In this document: positions 1-12,336 of the stretch, in pieces
How the letters are laid out: each line of letters starts with the position of its first letter
Numbering within the stretch: the stretch's first letter is position 1
Origin: Mobula hypostoma
Taxonomy: Eukaryota
Reading direction: 5' to 3'
DNA: 64,000 nucleotides
Assembly (NCBI RefSeq): GCF_963921235.1
Contig: NC_086109.1
Coordinates: 27,654,001-27,718,000, forward strand
Position numbers and translations under genes: made by a program
Notes under the pieces: generated by a model
The model's input: only the letters and a program-made list of their open reading frames with translations
Database searches by the model: none
What the model was told of the DNA's origin: nothing

Positions 1-1066
1 AGAGCCAGATCGCTTTCTCCATTTTGTAATTTATCTGAATGAAATTAACTTCAATTTTATGTCATGTTTTCTTTTGCAGAACGATATATATAGTAGAAGT
101 TCACTCTTTGGTATCCACAAAAAGGTTTGTTAACGGAGCACGTGGTACTACTTTAGACCTCAATGGAAGGTGAACGCTACACATAGAACAGAAAATAAAT
201 ACCTAACTCAAACAAATCTTCCCCGCGTGATACAAGCTGAACACTTACATCATCCAAACTATGCAAATATTTATCGAGCTACATTTGCCAAGCTGCAGCA
301 CGGTTTGGATGAAACCTTAAATGTTGGTCTGGGTATAACACATAATTGCATGCTACCCAAGGACTTTCAACATAAGCTCTGCTGTTTATTACGAAGTGTT
401 GCCAAATTGGATCTGCAAGCGAACATGACTTTCAGAAGCTGTACAAGCAAAACATCTACGGCAGAGGAAGACAGAAATTCAAAGCTGCTGCCTCTGCTTT
501 AAGTGCCAACCACAGAGCTGTGCTTACTGAAGCACATTCTTCAGGTTCTGCTTGGATAGACAGCATCGCTCAGTGAACTCTGTGGCCAAAAGCATCCATA
601 TGCTGTGGTCTCCTGTGTGTTCAGGGTAGATTCCCTTAACCCCTGAGCACCTGCTGCACTAATGGAAGGCATCTTGCACAAATTTAGATTCAGTTTAGAT
701 CTTGGTGTCCACCAACTGTGCAACAAGACATGCCGCCCGTTGTGAATATGATTCATTCTTGCTTTTTTAATTGTCCATAATGGGATGCACGTCATAAATT
801 AACATGTCAGAAAATTTCACTCTTATATTGGCAAAAAAGACTCAGCACCAGTATTTTTGCTGGATAACTTCTCTTTACGCTGTTTTTGTTATCTGAAGCA
901 CACTTCTCATTACTACCACCAGAGAGAAGGTACAGGAGCTTGAGGTCACACACTCAATGTTTTAGAAACAACTTATTTCCCTCTGTCATCAGATTTCTAA
1001 ATAGTCTATGTACACTACCTCTTTTTTTTCTTTTTTCCTCTTTGTACTACTTATTTTTTTTCTATA

Positions 1067-3299
1067 TAGTGAATTCCAGTTAATATGGGACACATTGGGA
1101 CCAGTACATTTTGGCCCAATTAAGCAGCTGCCCCAATTAGCTGAAGTTTTATTGAAATAATTAAAATAGTATTAAAAATAACAAGCTACTGTTTTACTGA
1201 GTTAAAAAAATGTATTTAAGTGAAATACAGAACAAAGTAGAACACTACCAATACTGTACTCTAAACCTGTGTATTGATCCCTATTGTTATTGACAGATGA
1301 ATTCATCCAATGTACACTGCACAATGTTTTGGACTGACTGTGCAAACACTAAGTGCAGATAATGTACTGCCTTCATACAATATTTTTGATGATTACATCT
1401 TTCAAATCTTCATTTGCATTGTAACATTCAAGGCGATTGTCCATACCTTCAAATTCTCCATAGTTTCTAACTTGAAGAAGAGAAATTATTCACTTTCACT
1501 GCTAATGCTTTAGGCATCTCATAAGAACAAAGGAAATAGGAGGAAGAGCAGGCTATCTGACCCGTTGAGCCTGCTCTGCCATTCAATAAGATCATGGCTG
1601 ATCTGGCCATGGACTCAACTCCAAACATCTGCCTTTCCCCCATAACCCTTAATTCCCTTACTATGCAAAAGGTCTATCCAACCTAGTCTGAAATATTTCT
1701 ACTGAGGTAGACTCCACTGCTTCATTGGGCAGAGAATTCCACAGATTCACCACTCTCTGGGAAAAGAGATTGCCAACCAGAGTAACACCCATGTATGCCA
1801 ACTTTGCTTTCTCTTAGTTAACCAATCCTCTATCCATGCTAATACAGCACCCCCAACTCTATGCATCCTTACCTTATGGATAAGTCTTTTACGTGGCACC
1901 TTATCGAATGCCTTTTGGAAATCCAAATAAATAACATCCATCTGCTCCCCTCTATCCACTGCAATCATTATATCCTCAAAGAACTCCAGTAAGTTTGTCA
2001 AGCAAGACCTGCCCTTGCTGAATCCATGCTGCGTCTACCTGATGGATCCATTTCTTTCCAAATTCCTCGCTATTTCTTCGTTAATGATAGCTTCAAGCAT
2101 TTTCCCAACTACAGATATTAAACTAATTGGCCTACAGTTACCTGCCTTTTGCCTACATCTTTTTTTGAACAGTGGTGTGACATTCACCATCTTCCAATCT
2201 ACCAGGACCTGCCCAGAATTCAGAGAATTTTGGTAAATCACCACCAAGCCCTCTACTATAACTTCCACCATTTCTTTCAGTACCCTGGGATACATTCCAT
2301 CAGGACCAGAGGACTTGCCTATCTTCAGACCCACAAGTTCGTTCAGCACTACCTCTTTAGCGATAGCTATTGTATCAAGATCTTCACCTCCCATCACATC
2401 CATAACATCTCTTTGGCATGTTAGACGTGTCCTCCGCCATGAAGACCGACACAAAATAGTCATTCAAAGCCTTGGCCATTTTCTCATTACCCAATATCAA
2501 TTCCCCCTTCTCGTCCTCCAAGGGACCTATATTCACTTTAGCCACCCTTTTCCACGTTGTATAATTATGAAAACTTTTACTATCCATTTTTATATTTTGT
2601 GCTAATTTCTTTTCATAACCTTTCTTCCCTTTATTGCTTGCTTCGTGGTTCTTTGTTGCTTTCTAAAGTTTTGCTAATCTTCTAGTTTCCCACTACTCTT
2701 GGTAACTTCGTATGCACGACCATTTACTTTGATGCCTTTTTTATTTCCTTCGTTACCCAAGGCTGGCTCTCCCCACACTTACTGTCCTTGCTCTTAACTG
2801 GAATATACTTTTGTTCAGCGCCGTTAAAAACTTTCTTTGAAAGTCTTCCACTGTTCCTCAAACATTTCACCATATAGCCTGAGCCCTCAGTCTACACTAA
2901 CCAAATCCCCCCTCATCCCATTGTAGTCTCCCTTGTTTAGGCATAATACACTGGTTTTAGATTGAACTACCGCACCCTCAAAGGCTGGATGCTTGAAACC
3001 ACTGCCAGCAAAACTGCTTGGACCATCTACCAGAGACAAAAATCACTGATTTTGGAAGACAAACACACACAACTAACACTATTTAAAAACAGTTCACTCT
3101 AATCACAGTGTAATGTCCATTGCCCAGGCAAGTGCACAAACTATTCAGCAACACTCTTCTGTCTCACTTAAGCTGCATAGTGTCCTAAATGAACAACGGG
3201 AATCCCGGTTATTTTCTTGTTTACTTCTTATTCTTTAACAGTAGTCCCAAATAAGTGGCTGCCTGATTAACCAATAGCCGAATTACCCAGAAACCATTG
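1067..3299. mobile_element. Tc1/mariner (Tigger/pogo-like) non-autonomous element, copy 1, split by CR1
   Basis: TA flanks and degenerate TIRs (tagtgaattccagttaat / aattacccagaaaccattg). Collinear with the uninterrupted copy at 11586-12336. Confidence 0.75.
1521..2978 (-). mobile_element. CR1 LINE, 5'-truncated and internally deleted
   Basis: Minus-strand RT fragments (GPDGMYPRVLKE, TNLLEFFED, YLDFQKAFDKVP) and a CR1 3'UTR at 1521-1765. The sequence jumps from the RT core to the C-terminus at about 1766. Confidence 0.9.
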
Positions 3300-3619
3300 T
3301 ATACATTTCTTATTGTAATTTTTAAAACTTATGCATGTGATGTACTACTACTGCAAAAGAACAAATTTCATGACATATGCCAGTGATATTAAATCTGATT
3401 CTGATAAATTATAATTAAAAACAGTGGATTACAGCTAATTAAGCCATCAGTTAATTGCGTCAATTTTGCACAGCAAGCTCGTAGTGTAGTATTGTGATAA
3501 TCATAGATTATATACATTTAGTTATATTAGTTGAGAAGTAAGGTTTGTTTAGGACACAAGGGAAAATGCCATTGTCTTAAGAATCACCCTTCCCCTTGGC
3601 CTTTCTGTTCACCAGAATC

Positions 3620-4315
3620 CATTACTGAAAAGTTGGCTTGATTCATGGTGAAGTGTGGCTTGGAAGGGGCAGACGCGAGTCTGTCCGTTGAGGAGCCAGA
3701 ATTGAATCAATCTTCGTTTGGCATCTCATCCACAGCCATTCCAACACGTGTGGCCCTGAGTTGGTATCACCTGATAGAGTCCTTGAAGCATGCAGGCCTC
3801 CACATGATGTCAACGTATTGTCCCAGGTCGTGGAGAGCAGCTTCAGCAAAATTCTGCAAGCATATCCAAAATATGCCCAACAACATCCTAGTTCATAAAC
3901 TCATCAAAAATGCTCCTCCAACTTCCCGACTCAAATCCCGAAAACCTTTTGACAGCTTGAAAAAGCTCAACTCCTATGATGAACACACTGAATCGTGCCA
4001 ATACTGGCACACCAACACATTCCCCGGCGGAGATCTGATTGACGACCCCTCTTGGCTCCTCCCAGGCTTTACTACAGCTACTAGAGAAAATGGGACAGCC
4101 GCAAAAAGGCTCAGAAATCAACATGCCAAGGCAGCGCAACACTACTCCAATGGGGCACCCAACAAACCCCAGCTTGCCCCTGTGGTGCCCCGTCCCAGGA
4201 GGTCCTCCAGCTGGTCCAAGCATACCCTATGCACAAGATCCAAGATGGTTCTGTTGCAGTCCATTGATGCGGCCATGAGCTGGAGTTGTGGTTTGACAAA
4301 AACAATTAAAAGGGT
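3620..4315 (+). mobile_element. Decayed Vingi/I-group-like LINE 3' end
   Basis: RLKSRKPF...W...LIDDPS.LLPGF, then a frameshifted PACPCGAPSQ..LVQ zinc-knuckle remnant. Confidence 0.55.
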
Positions 4316-4945
4316 AAACAGAGAAAACACCTGTATGAAACAACATCTAAATCCATCATAATCTCTTTATGTGAAATAGACCCCAGATTTTTACTTCTAG
4401 TCCATTGCTTTTACTTAATATAAATCCCACATGAAGCATTTTCATATACATTGTAGACTATGGTATGCACTGTTACATGTTTTAAGCTTCAAAAGCTGAC
4501 TCTAAAATGACCTCTGCCAAGAGCAAATTCTTGCCCCTCAGAGACATTTAGCACTTTCATCAAAAATATAATACAGTTCAGATGAAACCCAAACTGTCAC
4601 ATGGATCCGTCCTGGGCGGACATTTGGTATCACAGAAACCTCTCTCATGGTACACAGTTCAAAGATTTCAACACAATAGAAATGCTGAACAAAGTGAAGT
4701 CTTGGTCTCCCTTTTAAATAAATACAAAAATACCAAGACTGCATTTCAAAGATTATGTGGTGTTTCACAGATTGCTGTTTTATGTGGTCTTTCATATTCA
4801 AGTTGGACATTACCTTTCCAACGTTACAACACTAATGTGTGAAAGAATGCTTCATTGACTTTTCAAGATTTTCAGCCATCCAGTAACCATATAAATACAA
4901 AGTTTTCATTACTTTTGTTTTTGAAGAGCACCAACTCTCTTTGGA

Positions 4946-5178
4946 GCTACACACATCAAAGTTGCTGGTGAACGCAGCAGGCCAGGCAGCATCTCTAGGA
5001 AGAGGTACAGTCGACGTTTCAGGCCGAGACCCTTCGTCCTGACGAAGGGTCTCGGCCTGAAACGTCGACTGTACCTCTTCCTAGAGATGCTGCCTGGCCT
5101 GCTGCGTTCACCAGCAACTTTGATATGTGTAGCTTGAATTTCCAGCATCTGCAGAATTCCTGTTGTTTGCGTTTTTAA
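4946..5178 (+). mobile_element. Palindromic Penelope-like terminal-repeat mini-insertion
   Basis: 94-bp inverted arms (4945-5038 and 5041-5134, one mismatch). 13-bp TSD aactctctttgga at 4933-4945 and 5179-5191. Confidence 0.9.
5036..5069 (+). ncRNA. Minimal type I hammerhead ribozyme motif (PLE-associated)
   Basis: gtc-CTGACGA-agggtctcggcct-GAAA-c-GTC-gac. Core boxes intact, stem I gtc/gac, palindromic ACGT in place of stem III, predicted cleavage after 5066. Confidence 0.75.
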
Positions 5179-5606
5179 AACTCTCTTTGGATCTCCTGAT
5201 CTCTGATTAACAGAAAACATGAACAGTACCACAACTCCAGTTGATATAAACTAGAAAACAATTAATAAAATCAAATATTAAAAATAAACAATGACAAAAA
5301 ACTGGAATCTAATGAAAGATGTTCATTATTCTTTTTCTAATGCATGTAACAATAATGTACCACTCTAGAATACAGAAACAAGACTGGCATATTAATTCAA
5401 ATGGGGTGCAATTGCTTAACCATTGTGAAATATAAAGTTTCTCTCCAAAACAGTTCAAAATAAAAACACTGGGAGTAGACAACATGTGATCTTTCTCTTT
5501 TACTACAAAACACACAAAAAATTGGACACAAAGAACAGGTAGGATTCAGAATTGAAAGGCCTTTAATGATTGAACAAAGATGTTCAAATTCGAGATAATT
5601 TCCTGA

Positions 5607-6000
5607 ATTACATTTCTCCAGCAATGGAAAAGAGACTAGAAGCAGCTGAATTATGGTTCCACAGGAGAATGTTAAAAATATCAAGGACCACACACACATC
5701 AAATGAAGAAGTTCTCAGAAGAGCCCAAGCAGTTCGATCACTCATACCAACAATAAGAGAATGACAACTCAGATTCCTAGGACACATCATGCAGAAAGAT
5801 GAACTAGAAAAACTCACACTCTCTGGAAAGATTGAGGAGAGTAAACCTCGAGGAAGACCTCGACTTATGTACATCAAAAGCACAGCCAGGTGGCTACACA
5901 CCAAGGAAATGGAAGTCATCCAAAAAACGAAGGATAGATCTATATGGAAAACCATGGTCACCAAAGTCCACATCGGATATGGTACCTAGACAGACAGACA
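5607..6000 (+). mobile_element. RTE-clade LINE 3' end
   Basis: RLEAAELWFHRRMLKIS...SNEEVL...LRFLGHIM...GKIEESKPRGRPR, followed by an (agac)n tail. Confidence 0.85.
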
Positions 6001-6271
6001 TTCAAATACAAGATCCAAAGACATTCACACGACCTGGCCTTTTCTATTTGTGCTTCAGTACCGTTGAGCAAACAAAGAATGTCAACATACACAAAATGCT
6101 GGAGGAACTCTGCAGGACAGACAGCGTCAATGGAAAGGAATAAGCAGTCGATGTTTCGAGGGTGAGGGCTTATTTGGGCAGAGGAAAAACTAAGGAATTG
6201 TTTGAGGGTAGGAAGAGTGAATTTAGTTCCAATTGGCAAGTAGAAGACTTGGGATGATGACAAGTTGCTGG

Positions 6272-6500
6272 AAGGTTCAAGGTACATTTATCATCAACGT
6301 ATGTATACATTATACAAAACTCCAGACTTGTCTCCTTTACAGGCAGCCACAAAACAAAGAAACCTAAAAGAACCCATTGAAAAGACCGTCAAACACCCGA
6401 AATAGAGGGGGGAAAAAAAACAAACCTTGAAAACATTAAATGCAAGCAAGTAGCATTCTGAACTGAAGTCCACAAAGAGAGTCTGTCCATTATTTCAGTG
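6272..6500 (-). mobile_element. Rex/Babar-type 3'UTR fragment
   Basis: Resembles the other Rex 3' tails in the window (ttcaaggtacatttat...). Confidence 0.5.
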
Positions 6501-6831
6501 CAGAGCAGAGCAGCAAAGTAAGCGAAAGGTGCTGGGGGAGTTGAGAAGGCACATGTCAGTTGTCTGGGATGGGCTGAAAGGGATGAAGAATGCCTAAGAT
6601 TTGCAGGTTGGGTCAAATAGCTAGGACTGGTGGCATTTCATTTGGAGAGCAGTTGGTTGAGCAACTAAGTTTGGAGTACTTAGGGCCTATTGCCATGGTG
6701 GGGTGCTCAAGAGGGAGAAGAGAACAGAGATTAGTTAAAGGGGACAAATCCTATTCTCCGGCCTGCACAGGAAGGTTCCCTCCCCCATTAAATTTTCCAG
6801 AAGCAAGTTTCATTGATCTAGTAAGAAACTA

Positions 6832-7075
6832 AAGATAATAAGAAATGCAGCAGGAGGCTATTCAGTCCTTCAACTCTGCCCTCCATTCAATAATATTATG
6901 GTTGACCTTTTACCTCACTGTAATAATTCTGTACTAATCCCTTGATTCACTTAATGTCTAAAACTCTATTAATCCTTGTTTTGAAAATGGTCAACAACTA
7001 TGCTTCACAACTGCTTGGCGAGTGAATGTAAAAAGATTTGCTATTCTCCATGTGAAGAAACCTCCTTTCATCTCT
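6832..7075 (-). mobile_element. Old CR1 3' fragment
   Basis: Similar to the CR1 3'UTR at 1521-1765 (ccattcaataa...atggttga). Confidence 0.6.
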
Positions 7076-8764
7076 TATAATAAATGCTGAGAAGAGAGAG
7101 GCAGTTAACATTTCACGGAAATTACTTTTCATCAGCTATGGAAGCTCGATACTTACTCTCTCCATCTCAGTAGGAACGATCTACGAGTGGAACTTGTGCT
7201 TCATTGGCACCATATACTACAAGTACAGTCTGGCTGTCTACTGTATGTGTTGTAAAATGTGTTTCTGCACAAGTGACCTATTCCATGCACAGTTCATACA
7301 TTTACCAGTGTATTTTACAGATAGGCATCCAGTATATACTACTCCCAGACAGAAGACGTTAAGTTTTCTCTTTCCACAGATGCTGCCTGATCTGCTAGTA
7401 GTTCTAATATTTTCTGTTTTAATCTCAGATTTATGGCATCTGCAGTTTTTTTGCATGTTACTCAGCAGTGAGTTTAACCCGGACATGTCCAGCCACCTCC
7501 GTGCAGTAGTAATCTTATGATGAGAGGACCAGAAAGAAATTTATGATTGTGCAGGAAATACCTAATTGAGTTTACAATTGCGTTTTCTGAGAAAATTCCT
7601 TCCGGAAGTATATATTAGCACTTCACCACATGATATTGACTGTTGGCTTTTAAAAGAAAGAATAAAGCTTCAGTTTGCCTTAACAGACTCTCATTTAGTG
7701 CACTAATGCATTCTTTTGGAAAGAATATGCTTGCTCTACACAGAATTACATTTACAAAACAGTATATGCCCACTGAAACAGCTGAACAAGTCTGTTCACC
7801 ATACAAGCAGTTGCCATAAACTACGGCTTTTCAAATGGAACTCATGACCTGAGACTAAGTTATAAAATTATGGCATTCTTTGCTATCCTGATCACGCACT
7901 GTTCAAAAAGGCAAGGTTGTTGCTGAGCAAGCTAATACTTAAGCTATTTCACGACAATCAGGATGAATTTATTTAGACCTTGGCAGTCTTGGTTCAAGAG
8001 AAAAATTGAAAAAAAAATCAATTGGGAAAGAAGGCAAATGAATTTTTTTCCACCAAGCAGTGAAAGCTTTGCCTTGTGTATGTAAGACAATGTCAGGATT
8101 AAGCATCTGTAATTGGTAAACCACAAGATTAAAAAATACATTAACAAACCAAATTCAGACTTTTTCAGTGGAGTCTTTCACATACTGTGGCTGAAGAACA
8201 CTCATAAGCATGCTGCTAATTACAGATAAATAATCAACTACCACAGTCTGTCCAGTTATTTTTAGTTAAATAATACTATATTCCACTCCTACATATAAAA
8301 TGTCACAATTAATATAATTAATGTCAGCCACATAATCCCAGGTGATAAACTGCAAATTGTTTTCAGCTAAGTGATGTCATTATACATGCAAAATACAGCT
8401 CATTAATTACAATGAAATCACTTGTTATTTCCGGCCTAACTACAAAGCAAAAAGTACTCATTTGTGAGATTGCTGCAAAAACTGTGCACATTTTTAGTGA
8501 TTAAATATGAAAACTATCTAACCTTGAGTTTCCACTTCTTTAACACTTTATATACTAACTGTTTATAGTTTCCTAGATATTGCTGGAAAAATACAATGTT
8601 TTCTTGGTACCCTGACTTCAACATTAAAAAGGGGAGACATGAAACTAAACAAATTGGTTATGTTACTCACCATAATCCAAGCTGCAATGAAAAGGATAAC
8701 TTTTATCAGTTCAATACCTTCTTATCTATTGCAATGAAAGTCTTCTAAAAGAGTATTTTGTATC

Positions 8765-9255
8765 TTGCAACATACACAAAATGCCAGAAGATTCAACAGA
8801 TCAATCAATGTTTTAGGTTGAGACCTTCCATTAGGACTGGAAGGGAAGTGGGAAGAAGACAAGCTAAGAAGGTAGGGGGAGGGGAAGGAGTACAAGCTGG
8901 CAGCTGATAGGTCAAACCAGGTGAGGGGGAAGGTGTGTAGTGGGGGAGCAGGGGATGAAGTGAGAAACTGGGAGGTGATAGGTGGAAAAGGTAAAAGGCA
9001 GAAGAAAAGGGAATCTGATTGGAGAGGACAGTGGACCATGGGAGAAGGGGCATCAGAAGGAGGAGATGGGTAGGTGAAGAGAAGAAAAGGGATGAAACAG
9101 GACCCAGAATGGGAATGGAAAAAGAGAAGTGGGAAGGTGGGAGAAATTACCAGAAATTAGAGATATTGATGTGCATGCCATCAGGTTGGAGGATATCCAG
9201 ATGGAAGATGAGGTGTTGCTCTTTCAACCTTAAAGTGGCATCAGCATGACCATAA
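8765..9255 (-). mobile_element. PLE terminal-repeat/3' fragment
   Basis: cacaaaatgc end, degenerate hammerhead, purine-rich tract and catgccatcaggttggagg endonuclease end, as in the other PLE copies. Confidence 0.8.
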
Positions 9256-9902
9256 AGGAGCACTTGTATCTTGCAGCATTGCTCTCAAGTAATTTCAGGC
9301 AGCAAGATTGAACTTTTCAATATATTTACATCTGGAACATTATGGCCTCTGTGAACAAACTTCCATTTTCCATGTACAGAATGGGACTTTCTGCTTGAAA
9401 TTGAAGAATTGCTTTGGTGATTAGTATTGGACAGCTCTGGAACTATTAACAACTGGTTGTACTTCCTCCTCCTGATAGCTGGTGCATTGTCTCACAAGAT
9501 GCTACTTAACACTGGTGGCCAGAGAGGCATTTCTTCCAAACAATGTCTAAATTATGCTTTGCAGATGCAGCTCTTTGGATATGGTGGCTCATTTGCATGA
9601 AGAAGTGGCAGTGTGGGCAGTGTGACGAGAATGCAAAGAAACAGGTGTGCGCTCTTACGGATATGGATATTGTTCTCAATTATGGTAAGTAGCAACTGTT
9701 CTGAATCTAATCTCTCTAACTTGTATTTCCATTATGGAAAACTCAAGTCATCATAATTGTTATATAAATCTGCTGGAGTAGGGATTTTGTTTTATTAAGA
9801 TGCCAATCAAATGGCAATGCTTCAAAGGATTGATTGGTAGAGGAAGTTACTTCATTCAGCCAAAGATATACACTCTCGTTTTACACAGACCTTAAAAGAA
9901 GC

Positions 9903-10756
9903 ATACGACCATTGTTGGTAGAATCTCAGGTGGTGACGAGAGGGCGTACAGGAGTGAGATATGTCAACTAGTGGAATGGTTCCACAGCAACAACCTGGCA
10001 CTCAACATCAGTAAGGCGATGTTGAGCGCCAGGAACACGTACCAAACCTCACAGAGGGATCAGAATTGGAGAGACTGAGCAGCTTCAAGTTCCTGGGTGT
10101 CAAGCTCTAACGTGGTCCCAACATATTGATGTAGTCATTAAGGTGGCAAGATAGCAGCTGTACCTTATTAGGAGTTTGAATCGATTTGGCATGCCAACAA
10201 ATACACTCAAAAACTTCTATAGTTGTACCATGGAGAGCATTCTGACAGGCTGCATCACTGTCTGGTATGGAGGGGCTACTGCACAGGACCGAAAGAAGCT
10301 GCAGAAGGTTGTAAATCTAGCCAGCTTCATCTTGGGTACTAGCCTACAAAGTACCCAGGACATCTTTAGGAAGCAGTGTCTCAGAAAGGCAGCGTCCATT
10401 ATTAAAGACCTCCAGCACCCAGGGCATGCCCTTTTCGCACTGTTACCATCAGGTGGGAGATACAGAAGCCCGAAGGCACACACTCAGTGATTCAGGAACA
10501 GCTTCTTCCCCTCTGCCATCTGATTCCTAAATGGACATTGAAGCTTTGGACCCTACCACAGTTTTTTAATATACAGTATTTCTGTTTTTGCACATTTTTA
10601 AATAATCTTTTCAATATATGTAATTGATTTACTTGTTTATTTATTATGTTTTATTTTACTTATTTTTTTCTCTCTCTGCTAGATTATGTATTGCATTGAA
10701 CTGCTGCTGCTAAGTTAACAAATTTCACGTGATAATAAACCGGATTCTGACTCTGA
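9903..10756 (+). mobile_element. Rex1/Babar-type LINE 3' portion
   Basis: ORF 10176-10490 (LKNFYSCTMESILTGCITVWYG...HPGHALFALLPSG) and tail aataaaccggattctgactctga. Confidence 0.9.
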
Positions 10757-11585
10757 AGAAAGATAATTTGGTATGATCTTCAAACATCTTTCTCAAAACA
10801 TTTTTCAACAGTTCCAGTTGGGTTCAGAATTTTTAAACTCAGATTAAGAGGCAACTTTTCATGAACTTCTACAACAACATGAACTTCTTTAAGCCTGCCA
10901 GCATGAATAAGGAGATGTCAGACCACTTGAAAAGAATCAATACACTCTGTGTACTTTAAGATTCAGTCACATTGTCGACGCAATGTTAAATGAAAAAAAA
11001 ACTACTGTACTAATGCATAGGCTATGCACTAGTCAGCATGATGCATTACCTTTTCTTAATGTGAAGGTAAATCAAGTAATTAAGAACACAATAGAAGTTT
11101 CTATTGTTACTTTTGTGCTTTACCTTTACTGTATGAAAAGGTAATGAAGAAGAATAAGATGATGGAATAAAAGACTAATTCTGCTAACAAAATCCAGACC
11201 TTGAACAATGTGTACAATTTTAGTCCCCTTATTTATATTTGCCTCAGAGGCAGTACTCTCTGAAAGGTTGATTAGTGTTCTCCTGTTTATAATTTTAATA
11301 CTCTACCATCCTATTGTACAGTATTGATTGGCCATGGTGGCAAGCACTATGCAATCCATCTTGCACAATTTACTGAATAAATTGAACTACTGCCCCGGTA
11401 CGAAAAATACTGCAGTTCATTTGCCGAGGTGACTTTGATAGCCTCTTCCAGGAGAGTCTTGCAGTTTAACAACATAAAAATCACATAAGTAGCTAGCTGG
11501 CTGGAACTTGCAAACTGACAATCAACTCACGTGAGCAGAAAATGTTCAGCACAACTGATACCATTCATTTATACTGTTGCAAATA

Positions 11586-12336
11586 CAGTGGATTCCGATT
11601 GATTGGGACACAAAGGGACCAGTACATTTTGGTCCAAGTAAGCAGCTGCCCCAGTTAGCCAAAGTTCCATGGAAACAGTTAAAAAGGTACAAAAAGATAA
11701 ACCAAGTAACAAATCATGTATTTAAGTGAAATGCACAACAAATTAGAGCACTACCAATACCACTGCAGTACTATAAAATAGTCTATTTGTTCTCAATGCT
11801 TATTGATGGACGAAATCATCCACATCACCTTCTTTTGACTGTAAATGAACAAAATCAGCACAGACACCTAGTGTAGACAATACGCTGTTTTCACACAATA
11901 CTAATTTGCAACTTTCAAATCTTCATTTTCATTGTAACATTCAAGATGATTGTCAATACCTTCAAATTCTTCATAGTTTCTAAATTGTAGTAAAATTGTT
12001 TTCACTTTCAATCCTGGCCTTTTCTGGCACCTCTAAGCCTGAATGTTTGAAACCTCAGTAGGCAAAACAGCTGTGAATTGTCTTACTGCTCGTTTCCTGC
12101 CAACTATCAATGACAAAAAAAAATGCTGCTTTTTGAATAAGAATACACACAACTGGTACTCTTTTAAAAAAACTGTTCACTTGAAGCATGGTGTTGTGTC
12201 TCCTGCCCCAATTAAGTGTTCCAAATAAATGAAGGGTATCCCAACTCTTTTCTTGATGAGTTTTTGTTCTTTAAGAGTTGTCCCAAATAAGCAGCTGTGC
12301 CAATTAACTGATGTGCCAAATAACTGGAATCCATCG
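11586..12336. mobile_element. Tc1/mariner (Tigger/pogo-like) non-autonomous element, copy 2
   Basis: TA+cagtggattccgattgattggg ... ccaaataactggaatccatcg TIRs; homologous to 1067-3299. Confidence 0.8.

Larger units (their letters stand above)
895..3405 (+). mobile_element. Rex1/Babar-type LINE 3' end (895-1064 and 3302-3405), split by a MITE
   Basis: HFSLLPPERRYRSLRSHTQCFRNNLFPSVIRFLN C-terminal motif. The 3'UTR resumes after the MITE and ends ...aaatctgattctgat. Confidence 0.75.

Noticed and set aside
80..123. Plus-strand exon-like segment (cttttgcag...aag|gtttgt)
   Set aside because: Weak donor, no recognisable peptide, and on the wrong strand for copine.
170..502. 110-aa ORF
   Set aside because: Non-ATG start, no homology recognised and no exon structure.
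4945..5134. Hairpins as CRISPR-like repeats, pre-miRNA genes or DNA MITEs
   Set aside because: No repeat-spacer array. The sequence matches PLE terminal repeats, and variable 10-14 bp TSDs indicate retrotransposition.
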